A stretch of DNA of 62,685 bases from a virus (lineage: Duplodnaviria > Caudoviricetes). The translations under genes and the position numbers were made by a program. The DNA is taken from the IMG/VR virus record IMGVR_UViG_3300037354_000009, positions 1 to 62,685 of that record; one strand, written 5' to 3'. Each line of letters starts with the position of its first letter. Position 1 is the first letter of the stretch. Below are positions 30,001-37,578 of the stretch, in pieces. The notes below the pieces were generated by a model. It saw only the letters and a list, made by a program, of their open reading frames with translations, was not told where the DNA came from and ran no database searches.

Positions 30001-30260
30001 ATCTTCTGCTTGTCTATGACCTTGCCAGAAGTGTTGTCCTTCAAGGTGACTGTGGCTTCAACAGGAACGGACCAAGTACGTCCGCTCAGCTTGGCCTGTT
30101 TCTGTGACCTGAGATCATCGATACTCAGATTATCTTTAACCGCTACATCATGTAGTTCTAGCGTGTTCTTCCGCCCGATTATGGGGAAGAGCCCGCTGAC
30201 TGCCTTTTGTACTCGGTCCTTGAGGAGTTCAAACCCCTCTTCCGGTGCAAGACGTGCCAA
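24093..30260 (-). CDS. rpoBC: single-polypeptide two-barrel DNA-directed RNA polymerase, fused beta and beta' homologues
   Basis: beta motifs GDKATGRHGNKG, LLNPLGVTGRTNLGQVLE, KLHHQVEKKLSAR; beta' motifs RPILLKRDPVLHK, HPLVTSGFNADFDGD (~26076-26096), DCGT, VRSPLRC..GICQKCYG, GQSLGERTTQLALKAFHTGG; TTG start with RBS GAGGA. Confidence 0.95.
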   Translation of the reverse strand: MARLAPEEGFELLKDRVQKAVSGLFPIIGRKNTLELHDVAVKDNLSIDDLRSQKQAKLSGRTWSVPVEATVTLKDNTSGKVIDKQKMNLLNLPKVTSRYSHIVDGQEYQIDNQWRLKPGVYNMVKADGALESHVNAIGGFKVHFDPKSKEFTLNYGNSNMPLKPFLHAMGVSEEEVEKSWGKDIVGVNHADETKELAKFYRASTGDKTTKPTPDEAKAHLWETMGKTVLRPEVNLFTLGKGYTSVTGPLLLDASHKLLQISRGEAKPDPRDALMFKDLHSIEDFAAERLIKGSREIIRKVNNNIDRKDRVRDIISPEVFNRPIKQMFGKNSLAIVTDQTNPLEMVSAQMKTTIMGDGGVKSEHQISDDAKLIDPSHLGFLDPIHTPEGHATGITLRLPLGVIKKGHDVVVRMYNTKTGKHEDVNPALAYRSHVALPDQVHWEGGKPKAAGDVVKISGPGNEIYEGKLKDADYIMKDPLQMFSMSSNMIPFMPSDHPNRSTMAGRQMEQAISLKHREVPLVQSMAGANSFDKVVGTFASHRSPVDGVVHKIKSDSIIIKKSDGGKHEVHIYDNFPLNEDKAFMHAEPIVKVGDRVTDGQTIADTNYTKGGTLAIGTNLRAGFMPYKGYNFDDGIVVSESAAKKLTSEHLHRHSLERDIAHILDKKKFQAYMPTAMNKAQYDKLDEEGVVLPGTVIMPGDTLVAALRASNDPERKEDIELSKLHKSIVRPYKDSSIKWDSDYSGIVKEVVKVGKNVSVHVKTEEPLEIGDKATGRHGNKGIVTRIIPDSEMPHTKDGRHLEILLNPLGVTGRTNLGQVLEVAAGKIAEKTGKPYLVKNFAPGADFHAQVTADLEKHGLTDKEEVFDPVTHNKMGDVLVGPMHVFKLHHQVEKKLSARAGGTGYAYDKNMIPRGGGPQGAKSLGTLGLYSMLAHGAVANLREMQTLKSDAAQGDQFWSALQAGEMLPTPKPSFAYHKFLGYIKGLGVNVHKVGNNLTLMPMTDKQIVEQSNGEITDPARWVTAKNMKPEPGGLFDPKVTGGLEGTKWSHYHLPEAFPNPVFESAIIRLLGIKQKEFDGVVGGTLAVDPGTGKIGLAEKMPGGIVGGKAFEHMLGKIDVKRDLAAAKIALDKPTLKGSYLDHANSKVKLLQALDKVGMTPSQAYLAKTIPILPPSMRPLPVLPNGTISEEDLNGLYKNLHLSASRYSKMSPLIPDDDPSKVDVRNEVYDGLRALAGIGGYPSQVRRGILDYIHGKKVIDVRTGAKGGSPKEGFFQDQLVERKQDMSMRGTIIPEPSLGLDEVGLPRSAALEVYKPFVVRELKNMLGITPLQAQKQLTEGGEIVDRALNRVMAGRPILLKRDPVLHKYGVQAFKPRIVGGKAVQVHPLVTSGFNADFDGDAMGAFVPVSVEAVAEAHKMLPSRNLFSPSTGDIMYAPTNESRLGLYGIMQPGKNTNHKFANMQEMEAAVRRGEAHLTDRVSVGGMKASVGRFMVAGALPEAMRRKLLEGSASLDKKAQEAMFTQIGKEHKGEYSDAANKLKDLGNMWATDTAFSIGMKDIAPERHMRDKILAEADAKVHKLTGPHKDQKQIDIYAAATNEMNKHLRAVSESDNNLMLLHNVGMKGGTDTLRQIRAAPMLMSNHKGEIIPTPVRRSYSEGLDVADYWTAISGSRKGIIQKVQSVQEPGYISKQVMNSVMNNLIVDHDCGTDKGIALGVDDKDVLDRFTAADIKAGSHVFKTGTLITPEVRNSLRNNNVGKVVVRSPLRCLHGPGICQKCYGLTENGVLPEKGLNVGVLAGQSLGERTTQLALKAFHTGGTASSKSALVDDFENVKNLLAFPKVLPGSATLSGVNGKVTKIAPSAAGGYEVTVEGHTHYVPHAIGAPMYNGQPLKVGMEVKKGSPISGGLVNPHEMLALTGVEPVQLHLAKELSNAFADSGIRRRNHEVVVKALTNLTKIKDPGSSTGYIRGDFASTSQVSSINRSMPKGAHPIIHEPILKGVNVLPLEMQEDWIAKLNHENLSDTIIEAAQKGWTSSIHGVHPIPAIVYGAEVGKGKPGEY

Positions 30261-30321
30261 GGATTCCTCGCTTTATGTGTGTGGTCAGGACAAAGGTACC
30301 AGAACGCATCAAGTATGGGCA

Positions 30322-30350
30322 TGAAATTATACTGCGCAAAGCGGTATAAG
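30322..30350 (+). promoter_or_regulatory. phage promoter class A (variant), divergent from RNAP gene
   Basis: TGAAAT-N17-TATAAG (CGGTATAAG); followed by hairpin GCAAGGG/CCCTTGT. Confidence 0.65.
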
Positions 30351-30407
30351 TACTATGCAAGGGAAGAAGACTTCGCCCTTGTAAGACATACGACGAAGGA
30401 GCCGCTA

Positions 30408-30548
30408 ATGAGCATGTCCACCGAAGATCGATCATCCTTGGATTCATTCAGTGATATGGTCCAAGGAGAGGTATCAGACGACAAAGAGGAAGATGGAGGC
30501 GGCGGCGGAGGACAAGACGCAGAAGAAGATGCCGGTGATGACAGGTGA
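30408..30548 (+). CDS. small highly acidic protein (46 aa)
   Basis: RBS AAGGAG then ATG 30408; MSMSTEDRSSLDSFSDMVQGEVSDDKEEDGGGGGGQDAEEDAGDDR. Confidence 0.5.
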   Translation: MSMSTEDRSSLDSFSDMVQGEVSDDKEEDGGGGGGQDAEEDAGDDR

Positions 30549-30632
30549 TCATCTTTTTGGCAAGCTTCTTTGCGAGTTTGCTGGCCACAGTGACTAGGAG
30601 GCCAAATAGCAACTGGGACAACGGTACCAGCG

Positions 30633-31238
30633 GTGAGGCTAAGCGACAGTTGTAGTAGTTGCGGCGACGCAATGTATGATCGACAGCTGTCGATGATAGA
30701 GAGCGGGTACATGCAACCCATGCTAAAAGATCCTAGGTTTTTCAGGTTTGTAGCATGGGCGGCTGTACCTCTAGACGATAGACCAGAGGGTGCAGTAAGC
30801 ATCCTGATACTGATCCACCAAGACTGCTTCATGAGTAGCCGAGGAGAGCTAGAAGATGAGTTGGCTGCTCCAGAAGCAAGAGACTCGAGGCACTGCGATC
30901 TGTGTCGAAGAAGGTTCGATCCGTACCACAAGATGTTCCAAGTAACCGAGTGGTGCCCGATGCCTGAAGCTAGTGACGAGAACGGTCAACCAGAGTTTGT
31001 TCTGGACCCGACCGTTGAGAAGATTCTCCTCTGCCCAGGGTGCATGAAACGCATCTTGGGCGAGGGGGATGAAGAAGAGGGAGACGCCTACCTAACCGAA
31101 GGCATTCTCCCTACCACAAAGGAGGAAGACAATGATGCCACTGAACCCTGCAGTACCGGGGGTGACTCTGGCCAACTACGCAGAAGAGACCCTGAAAGTA
31201 GACGGGCTAGATTCAAACGTCTATTTATACCGAGCTAG
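30633..31238 (+). CDS. putative zinc-binding protein
   Basis: CSSC, HQDC, CDLC, CPGC pairs. Confidence 0.6.
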   Translation: MRLSDSCSSCGDAMYDRQLSMIESGYMQPMLKDPRFFRFVAWAAVPLDDRPEGAVSILILIHQDCFMSSRGELEDELAAPEARDSRHCDLCRRRFDPYHKMFQVTEWCPMPEASDENGQPEFVLDPTVEKILLCPGCMKRILGEGDEEEGDAYLTEGILPTTKEEDNDATEPCSTGGDSGQLRRRDPESRRARFKRLFIPS

Positions 31239-31494
31239 GCTCGAGTACGGCCTGACGTCAATCCCAGTAGAAGTAGTAAGGCTATCCAACGACATGGCAA
31301 TAACGATGTACTGGTTCCCCAGGATCAAAGCTGCCGTAGCGTTGGAGCATTACAAACACCAAAAAGAAGCAGGACTAGCAGCCTCTGATCCAGAGGTGCA
31401 CAAAGTGAATGACATGCTTCACTCTGTGCGCCAAATGCTGGGAATCAACAATACAGTATGCGGCAAACGTAAGAGAGCTGAGAGTAACCTGTGA
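31132..31494 (+). CDS. hypothetical protein
   Basis: 120 aa, RBS AAGGAGG; converges on portal stop. Confidence 0.6.
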   Translation: MMPLNPAVPGVTLANYAEETLKVDGLDSNVYLYRARLEYGLTSIPVEVVRLSNDMAITMYWFPRIKAAVALEHYKHQKEAGLAASDPEVHKVNDMLHSVRQMLGINNTVCGKRKRAESNL

Positions 31495-33537
31495 TCAGAC
31501 TTGCGCAGCTTCAGGACCTCTGCGAGGTGCACGTTGCAGTGGCAACGCTCTCGCAGAGGCCTGTGAGGCGGCGGTGGGACCGTTACCGCCGCTCATCATT
31601 AGCCCCATAACCGTATCGTGCAGAGCTGGGTTGTACTGCTTTAGCCTACCGAGCATGACTGGCTTCTCCCCAGGGTTGAGCCTGGAGAACTTGTCCGCCA
31701 GCTTCCGTGCCATGAACAGCAGGTCCACATTCATGCCACCAGCTATATCTTCGTTGGTAGCAGAAGGTGGATGCCTCTGAACACTCTGCAGGGAGAGTGG
31801 AGAGTTGATCTCCTTAGGCCCAGCAATCAGTGATGGGTTCCTTGGGGTAGGTGTCAGGTCTGGATTTTTAGGTGGGGGTTGCTGTCCTGTTTGAGCAGCA
31901 GCCTGATCTTGCATCATTCCGTTCTGAAGCTCAGACTGGAATGCCATCTGATCTTTAGCCCCCTCACCCTGGATAGCGACTTGTTCAGCCATGGCTTTGG
32001 CTTGAGCCTTGTTGACCCACTTCTGCTGGACCAACTGTGCTTCGCCTTCCATCTCTGCCTGGAGCAGACGCTGCTTCTTCATCGCACCGATGCGACGAGT
32101 AGCTTCGTTCTCCATGATCTGGTCTTCCTTAGCAGAGTCGTAGTCTGCATCCGAGCAGAGAGACTCGTCTGAGATCTTCCCGGCCTGGTTGAGCTGGAAC
32201 AGATAAGCCTTCCTCTGTAGGTCGTCTGCCATCTTGAATGGCTTGAACCTTGCCCCGACCTTGGCCCAGCCTAGGTAGGAAGCCGTACGTTCAATCACCC
32301 AATGCAGCAGTGCCAGCTGATCAGATAGGTAGCCCAGGAACATGTTCTCGAGCATACGCAGAGACACGTTGGACCCCGAATAACTGAGCCCGCCGAAGAT
32401 GAGTTCGGTAGGCACGCCCATACCTGCGATGATGTGTTCGGACCACACTCTGATCTCTTGGCTCAAGAGTAGGGCCCTACCATCACCGCCGATTGTCTGT
32501 TGACCAATGGGCAATGGGAGGATGGGGATATAGTTGTTGTCTGCCCTCCACCGACGCAGCTCTCCTGCGATCTGGTCATGCCAGTCCATCAAGTTGACGG
32601 AGGTGTACGGGTCCGACGTAGCTGACCCAGCCTGTGGGAACAGCACACGCAAAGGAACAATGTGCTCGAGGGCGATGGACTCCTGAGCCTTGCGGAGAAC
32701 CTGAAGGTAGAACGTATCCTTCAGAACAGGCAAGATCATAGGGGTACCCCAACCTCTATCCTTCCCGGCCAACGTGGGCCGCTTGAAGTGATAGATGTTG
32801 TCACGAGAGAACACGACAGCTTTTCTTAGCCTTAAAGCATCAATGAAGAGCTGTGGCATGGTCTCCACAGTGGACTTCTTCCCCATGATGATGTCGTTCT
32901 TGATCTGAACAGGGATGGTGTAGTAGTACTCCGACTCACCGGTGATGTCGTTGTACCGGGTATCGATATCCTCGGGGTTCCACCTGAGCAAACGAATGCC
33001 CTTTGGTGCCTTGATGTAGTGATCACGAACCAAGGCAATGTCAGCATGGCTGCACTTGGTGCACTCCCAGTGGAACTCAAAGTTCTGGAAGCGGTACGTG
33101 GCATCAGCAGCCTGCTTCTCATGCCCACAGCGCTTGCACTTGAGCATCTTCACGAAGGGGTAGAAGATACTGACCAAGGCGTTGCCATAGGCGTAGTAGT
33201 CCAGCCCCAGTTCAATCTGGAAGGGACGGTACCTGAGCTGAGAGTTCAGGAAGGTGTACCACTTCTCCTTCAGATCTGGCTTGTCCGTGTCCAGGATGAT
33301 GTCAGTGACTGGGTAGTCCGCCATCTTGGCCACGACTGCATTGATCAGTGGGTTGACCAAGAAGTAGTACCTGCACCACCGGAACATCTGCTTGACGGTA
33401 GCCGGTAGGTAGGTCTGACCAATGTCAAAGAATGGACTCGGGTACTGCAGACCGTAGTCAGAGGAGCTACCGGTACGTCCACGAGACCTAGAGAAACGAA
33501 GTGCAGAGGAGTCCGCACCGCCCAATCCTACAGACAT
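31495..33537 (-). CDS. portal protein with zinc-ribbon insertion
   Basis: 680 aa; RYYFLVNPLINAVV, YYAYGNALV, LLRWNPEDI, IYHFKR...GWGTPMILP; CKRC/CTKC insert; Q-rich C-terminus. Confidence 0.75.
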   Translation of the reverse strand: MSVGLGGADSSALRFSRSRGRTGSSSDYGLQYPSPFFDIGQTYLPATVKQMFRWCRYYFLVNPLINAVVAKMADYPVTDIILDTDKPDLKEKWYTFLNSQLRYRPFQIELGLDYYAYGNALVSIFYPFVKMLKCKRCGHEKQAADATYRFQNFEFHWECTKCSHADIALVRDHYIKAPKGIRLLRWNPEDIDTRYNDITGESEYYYTIPVQIKNDIIMGKKSTVETMPQLFIDALRLRKAVVFSRDNIYHFKRPTLAGKDRGWGTPMILPVLKDTFYLQVLRKAQESIALEHIVPLRVLFPQAGSATSDPYTSVNLMDWHDQIAGELRRWRADNNYIPILPLPIGQQTIGGDGRALLLSQEIRVWSEHIIAGMGVPTELIFGGLSYSGSNVSLRMLENMFLGYLSDQLALLHWVIERTASYLGWAKVGARFKPFKMADDLQRKAYLFQLNQAGKISDESLCSDADYDSAKEDQIMENEATRRIGAMKKQRLLQAEMEGEAQLVQQKWVNKAQAKAMAEQVAIQGEGAKDQMAFQSELQNGMMQDQAAAQTGQQPPPKNPDLTPTPRNPSLIAGPKEINSPLSLQSVQRHPPSATNEDIAGGMNVDLLFMARKLADKFSRLNPGEKPVMLGRLKQYNPALHDTVMGLMMSGGNGPTAASQASARALPLQRAPRRGPEAAQV

Positions 33538-34391
33538 TATGCTTCTCCCTCATACGCAGGAGCGTACGCTTCAGCCGGTGCTGGGTTATGCCCCGTGAGG
33601 CGATCTCCAACACGTCCCACCCTCTGCCCAGCTCTGCCTGTCCAGCTACCCATCAGCATGCCAGGTAGCATACCAGCGGGACCAGCAGTGAACCCGAGAG
33701 TACCTGAAGCGTTGCCGAGGGTCTTCTCCAACCTGCCTGGACCGTTAGGATCTGGCTTACTCAACAGATCTGACGCTGCTGACAGACCAGCGACACCGGT
33801 CAAAGCCTTCCCAGCGCCATCCATACGGTTCCACGAATTCTTGAGGACAGTACCAGGCTTGGTCACAAGACCATGAACAGACCCCGGCAAAGAGAGCCAG
33901 TCATTCTTCAGGGCCTCTTGCATGTGAGTGTCTTGTGCCAGCTGCCCTGGAGTAGCATCGGCTTCTAGCTTTGGAAGCACTCCGATCTCTCTGGCTCTGG
34001 CCACACGCTCTGGGTGTGTTCCCTCTATCCCCTTGCCAGTGAACTGATACTTCTGTCTCTCCCAGAAGTTGCTCACGCCCTTGCCTGCGGCCTCTCTACC
34101 ACCCTTAGTGGCCAGATGACCCAGGCCTACAGCACTTGCTCCAGCTAGGCCACCGAGCACACCTCTATGAAGACGATTGCCGTCCTCACCAGTAGCAGCA
34201 CCAATACCAGCACCTACAGCACCACCAGCCAGCATCTGTCCAGATCTGGTCTCTAGCCCAGGAAGGCTCTTCAATAGTGGAAAAGATCGCAGACCCTTAA
34301 CCCCACGACCCAAGAGATCTGCAGCCCCACCGGCCTCCTTCTGAAGCTCAGTTAGCATACCCAGCATATGATCTTCGGTGATGTGCTTCAT
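33537..34391 (-). CDS. Gly-zipper putative cargo/ejection protein
   Basis: start moved to ATG 34391 (ATGA overlap); N-terminal MLTELQKEAG then several GxxxG hydrophobic segments. Confidence 0.6.
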   Translation of the reverse strand: MKHITEDHMLGMLTELQKEAGGAADLLGRGVKGLRSFPLLKSLPGLETRSGQMLAGGAVGAGIGAATGEDGNRLHRGVLGGLAGASAVGLGHLATKGGREAAGKGVSNFWERQKYQFTGKGIEGTHPERVARAREIGVLPKLEADATPGQLAQDTHMQEALKNDWLSLPGSVHGLVTKPGTVLKNSWNRMDGAGKALTGVAGLSAASDLLSKPDPNGPGRLEKTLGNASGTLGFTAGPAGMLPGMLMGSWTGRAGQRVGRVGDRLTGHNPAPAEAYAPAYEGEA

Positions 34392-35254
34392 GTGAGTAAC
34401 AACAGCTGTTCTTTGAGCTGCCTCCCCCTCAGAGCTTGATAGTCCCACGCCACCTTCAGTTTGGCTACCTGTATGTCTACCGCCGTCTCTTCAAGAGACA
34501 TGCCAGAAGTCTTGATGGCCTCTCGATACTTGCGCTGCACCTCTAACTCCATACCCTCGTACTCAATGCCTCTGTCTGACAAGTAACGATTGATCTCTGC
34601 CTGACAAAACGAAACAGGATGTGGTGCGTACAGCACTCCTTCATCCAGCATGCTTGCAGCCACAAAGCTTTCCACCTCAGGCGCAAACACCTCACCCTTA
34701 CGAACCATCTCTGCGATGTCCACGCTGCTCATGAGCTGTGACAATGATGGCTTCTGAAGAACGTGCCAGTCTGGGATGTTGTTGTTCAGTGCTTGGGTGA
34801 TCCAGCAGAACGTCTCCCAGTTCTTCCAGTACATCTCCCCTATATGAAGGGTGCGTACCGCTTGTATCTTAGCCTTGGCATGGTCGGAGATAGAGGGAAC
34901 CCTGAAGTCTTCCTTGATCTCTTTCCACAGCGTCTCTGGCTGCCACTCAAACCAGTCTGCCTGGTACCGTTTCAACAGAGCGATGTCGAACACCACCGGG
35001 TGTGTGTCGTGATGAACGAATAGGTTCTTCCCAGTGACTGGTGTGGTCTTCCTGGTATTCAGCTCCGGCACCTGTAGAGGTGGGGGAGCGTATGGCTCAG
35101 GTAGATTAACCTTATAGTGATCATCTGTAGGTACAACTGTCTTCGCATCGAGGACAGCTGAGTCATCGTCACTCGGTGTAGTGGGTATCTGCTGGCCGAC
35201 TTTTTGTAGTACGGCCAGCAGATTTGACTCGTGGTCTGTCACCCCGTCCTTCAA
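34388..35254 (-). CDS. hypothetical virion-associated protein
   Basis: 288 aa (start uncertain: TTG 35254 or GTG 35242); LQKVG near N-terminus. Confidence 0.6.
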   Translation of the reverse strand: MKDGVTDHESNLLAVLQKVGQQIPTTPSDDDSAVLDAKTVVPTDDHYKVNLPEPYAPPPLQVPELNTRKTTPVTGKNLFVHHDTHPVVFDIALLKRYQADWFEWQPETLWKEIKEDFRVPSISDHAKAKIQAVRTLHIGEMYWKNWETFCWITQALNNNIPDWHVLQKPSLSQLMSSVDIAEMVRKGEVFAPEVESFVAASMLDEGVLYAPHPVSFCQAEINRYLSDRGIEYEGMELEVQRKYREAIKTSGMSLEETAVDIQVAKLKVAWDYQALRGRQLKEQLLLLT

Positions 35255-36097
35255 TTATGTAGGACCAGTTGCGCCAGTCACACCGGTTGGGCCGGTAGGA
35301 CCGGTAGCGCCAGTGACGCCTGTTGCGCCAGTAGCACCAGCAGAGCCTCCACCAAGCTGTACCGTGATAGGAGCAGTCAATGTACCGTTCGACTCGACCA
35401 CAGCAGCCACCTTGTCACCAGTGTTGTGTGCTGGAGTCGTGGTGCTCAGGTTCGGAGATGACACAGTGAGGACAGCGTCAGTCCAAGCAGCCGCACCAGT
35501 GGCACCGGTGGTGTTCTTTGGTAGTGCTTCCACTCCCGAGAACGTCACCTTGTTGCCAGCATATGCGCCAACGCCACCAGCAAGAGGCGTAGAGGCCACT
35601 GCTAGAGCGAATGGAGTAGCGTCACCAACGACGACGGTTGCCCACAGGATACCCTGGCACCCAGAACCGTTGGCATTGATCAGCGTAGCGATAGCAGAAG
35701 CCGTGCTTCCGCCAGCAGCAGGTTGAATGGTGAGGGTGTTGTTGGCGAAGGCCACCGAAGCTCCTCCTGCTGCCACAAGGATCACGACCTTGATGCCGCT
35801 CTTACCTGGCTTCAGTGCAGTGATGACCAGGTGAGAGGTACCAGACACGAGCGTCAGTGTGTCGAAGGTCTGGCCCTGAAGCAGAGCTCTGCCACGGAAC
35901 ACCACTGTGGCTCCTGTTGCTGCAGGCTCAGCACCCACTAGCCAGTCTAGCATCGGGAACCCGACCTGAGCTTCCAGGTTCTCGAATCCAATTTCCGTAT
36001 CACTGCGAAGGTCAGCGACCTCGCCTGGGATACCGCTCTTGCCTAGAAGCAAGTGCTCTAGCTTTGCATGTTGTGCGCCAAATGATCTACTGGACAT
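35255..36097 (-). CDS. structural protein with C-terminal collagen-like G-X-T repeat
   Basis: beta-rich; ends GATGATGVTGATGPTGPTGVTGATGPT. Confidence 0.65.
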   Translation of the reverse strand: MSSRSFGAQHAKLEHLLLGKSGIPGEVADLRSDTEIGFENLEAQVGFPMLDWLVGAEPAATGATVVFRGRALLQGQTFDTLTLVSGTSHLVITALKPGKSGIKVVILVAAGGASVAFANNTLTIQPAAGGSTASAIATLINANGSGCQGILWATVVVGDATPFALAVASTPLAGGVGAYAGNKVTFSGVEALPKNTTGATGAAAWTDAVLTVSSPNLSTTTPAHNTGDKVAAVVESNGTLTAPITVQLGGGSAGATGATGVTGATGPTGPTGVTGATGPT

Positions 36098-36109
36098 GGT
36101 CTCTTCTCC

Positions 36110-37504
36110 TTATTGTGAGTCGTTGAGAATCCTGGCAATGATACGTTTCGAATCCAAAGGCAGAGAGTCGAATACCGTATTCGGGTTCTCTACGATTTCA
36201 CTGGCCAGTTCTTTTCCGAACAGGGTGCAAATCTCGTGAATCTTCTTTCCGTCCCTGACTCCCTGGGTAAGTACATCCTCGGTCAGTCTATCGGCACCTT
36301 GCGTCCAAGTCCACTCAGCTTGCTTGGTCATACCAAAGGTTGAGGCGATAGGATCGACCACGTAGTCATCCCAATACTGATCGATACCGTGGTCAACGTC
36401 GAACCTTGTAAGCTCTGCACAGAAAGCTTCTGGCTTTGCACTGGCATACTTATCGATCATTCCCTTGAGCACATCACGCTCAGGAGAATCATTCTGCCAG
36501 AACTGCATACGGGTACTGACTGCTGCTCTAACTTCCATCTCTGGAGCAAAGCTCTTGCTTGCGTACTTCCTGATCGTACTAGTCACCTGGATGCCTAGGC
36601 TGTCCGCCCTTGCTGCCAGCTTGGTGCAGTACTCTTGTCGGTCACTGGGATGCAACGTCTTACCATTCTCTTCGAACCACCGGTTGGCCTCGAGGACATC
36701 GCCGTAGGAATCGAGAGGGAACCTACCCTGGCCGTACTTGTGTAGGGCGTAGTTGCTGTGAGCTTGCTTCACGAACTTGGGTTCTGGTGCTTTACCAGTC
36801 ACATCCACGTAGAGTGCCGCAGTCTTCTTGATCGTAGCATTGAGCTGACTATCAGCATCGTCAGCCTTGTTGGGGTTGGACTGGAGTGGCATGATCTCAG
36901 AGCCGGTCACGTCTCCGTCCTTCTCTAGCCTAGGAAACACCGACTCGCTTTGCCTGCGCTTGCTCTTACCGTAATTCAAAGAATTGCCAAAAGCTACTTC
37001 ACCAGACTTCCCTCGTCTGACCGCCTTCATAGCCTGGGCACTAGCGTTTTGTCCTGCGGTAGAAGAACTAGCCCTTCGAAAAAGAGCCAAATCCTTTGGG
37101 TTATTTGGTAGCAGATCGGTGGCTAAGGCTTTAGCGAATGCCTCTGCCTTCGTAGCAATCTTCTCGAGCTGTGCGGGAGGCTCTATACCGAAGGCCAGGC
37201 AGTACCCGAGCAGGTTTGCCGCAGCGATCTTCTGGGCTTCCTCAGGGAGCTTGTCCTTGGTCTCCATGAAGTAGAGAGCAGACAAGGCAGTATTCCCCTT
37301 GTCCACGCAGGCAAACTTCCTCATGGCCTTGCCGTTGTCTACCATGATCAGAGCGAAGGCGTCATCTGGCAAAGCTGCCAGCTTCTCCTCTGTCTGGAAG
37401 TCAGCCGATCTGACGTAGTCAGGCAGCTGGGCGTGAGCCACTTTGGTTTTGAGAACCGACCCCATCGGGTCGTCATAGAAGTCAATGATGGTGCCGGTTT
37501 GCAT
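36110..37504 (-). CDS. putative head core protein, K-x-A-rich; first gene of portal operon
   Basis: 464 aa; QKIA, EKIA, KKTA, VKQA, TKLA, RKYA, DKYA, TKQA. Confidence 0.65.
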   Translation of the reverse strand: MQTGTIIDFYDDPMGSVLKTKVAHAQLPDYVRSADFQTEEKLAALPDDAFALIMVDNGKAMRKFACVDKGNTALSALYFMETKDKLPEEAQKIAAANLLGYCLAFGIEPPAQLEKIATKAEAFAKALATDLLPNNPKDLALFRRASSSTAGQNASAQAMKAVRRGKSGEVAFGNSLNYGKSKRRQSESVFPRLEKDGDVTGSEIMPLQSNPNKADDADSQLNATIKKTAALYVDVTGKAPEPKFVKQAHSNYALHKYGQGRFPLDSYGDVLEANRWFEENGKTLHPSDRQEYCTKLAARADSLGIQVTSTIRKYASKSFAPEMEVRAAVSTRMQFWQNDSPERDVLKGMIDKYASAKPEAFCAELTRFDVDHGIDQYWDDYVVDPIASTFGMTKQAEWTWTQGADRLTEDVLTQGVRDGKKIHEICTLFGKELASEIVENPNTVFDSLPLDSKRIIARILNDSQ

Positions 37505-37534
37505 GAAGGTCTCCCTGCGTGAGTACCAAAGATG

Positions 37535-37564
37535 ATAGTACGTTCCGAAGACAAGTCATGTCAA
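37535..37564 (-). promoter_or_regulatory. sigma70-consensus promoter for portal operon
   Basis: minus strand TTGACA(37564-37559)-N18-TACTAT(37540-37535). Confidence 0.7.
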
Positions 37565-37578
37565 CAACGCCGTGGGGT

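Noticed and set aside
24093-30260. Cellular rpoBC locus (bacterial chromosome)
   Set aside because: No ribosomal-protein neighbours; flanked by spike and portal genes; strongly reduced and divergent
35258-35340. 9-bp periodic DNA repeat
   Set aside because: Explained by the collagen-like G-X-T protein repeat
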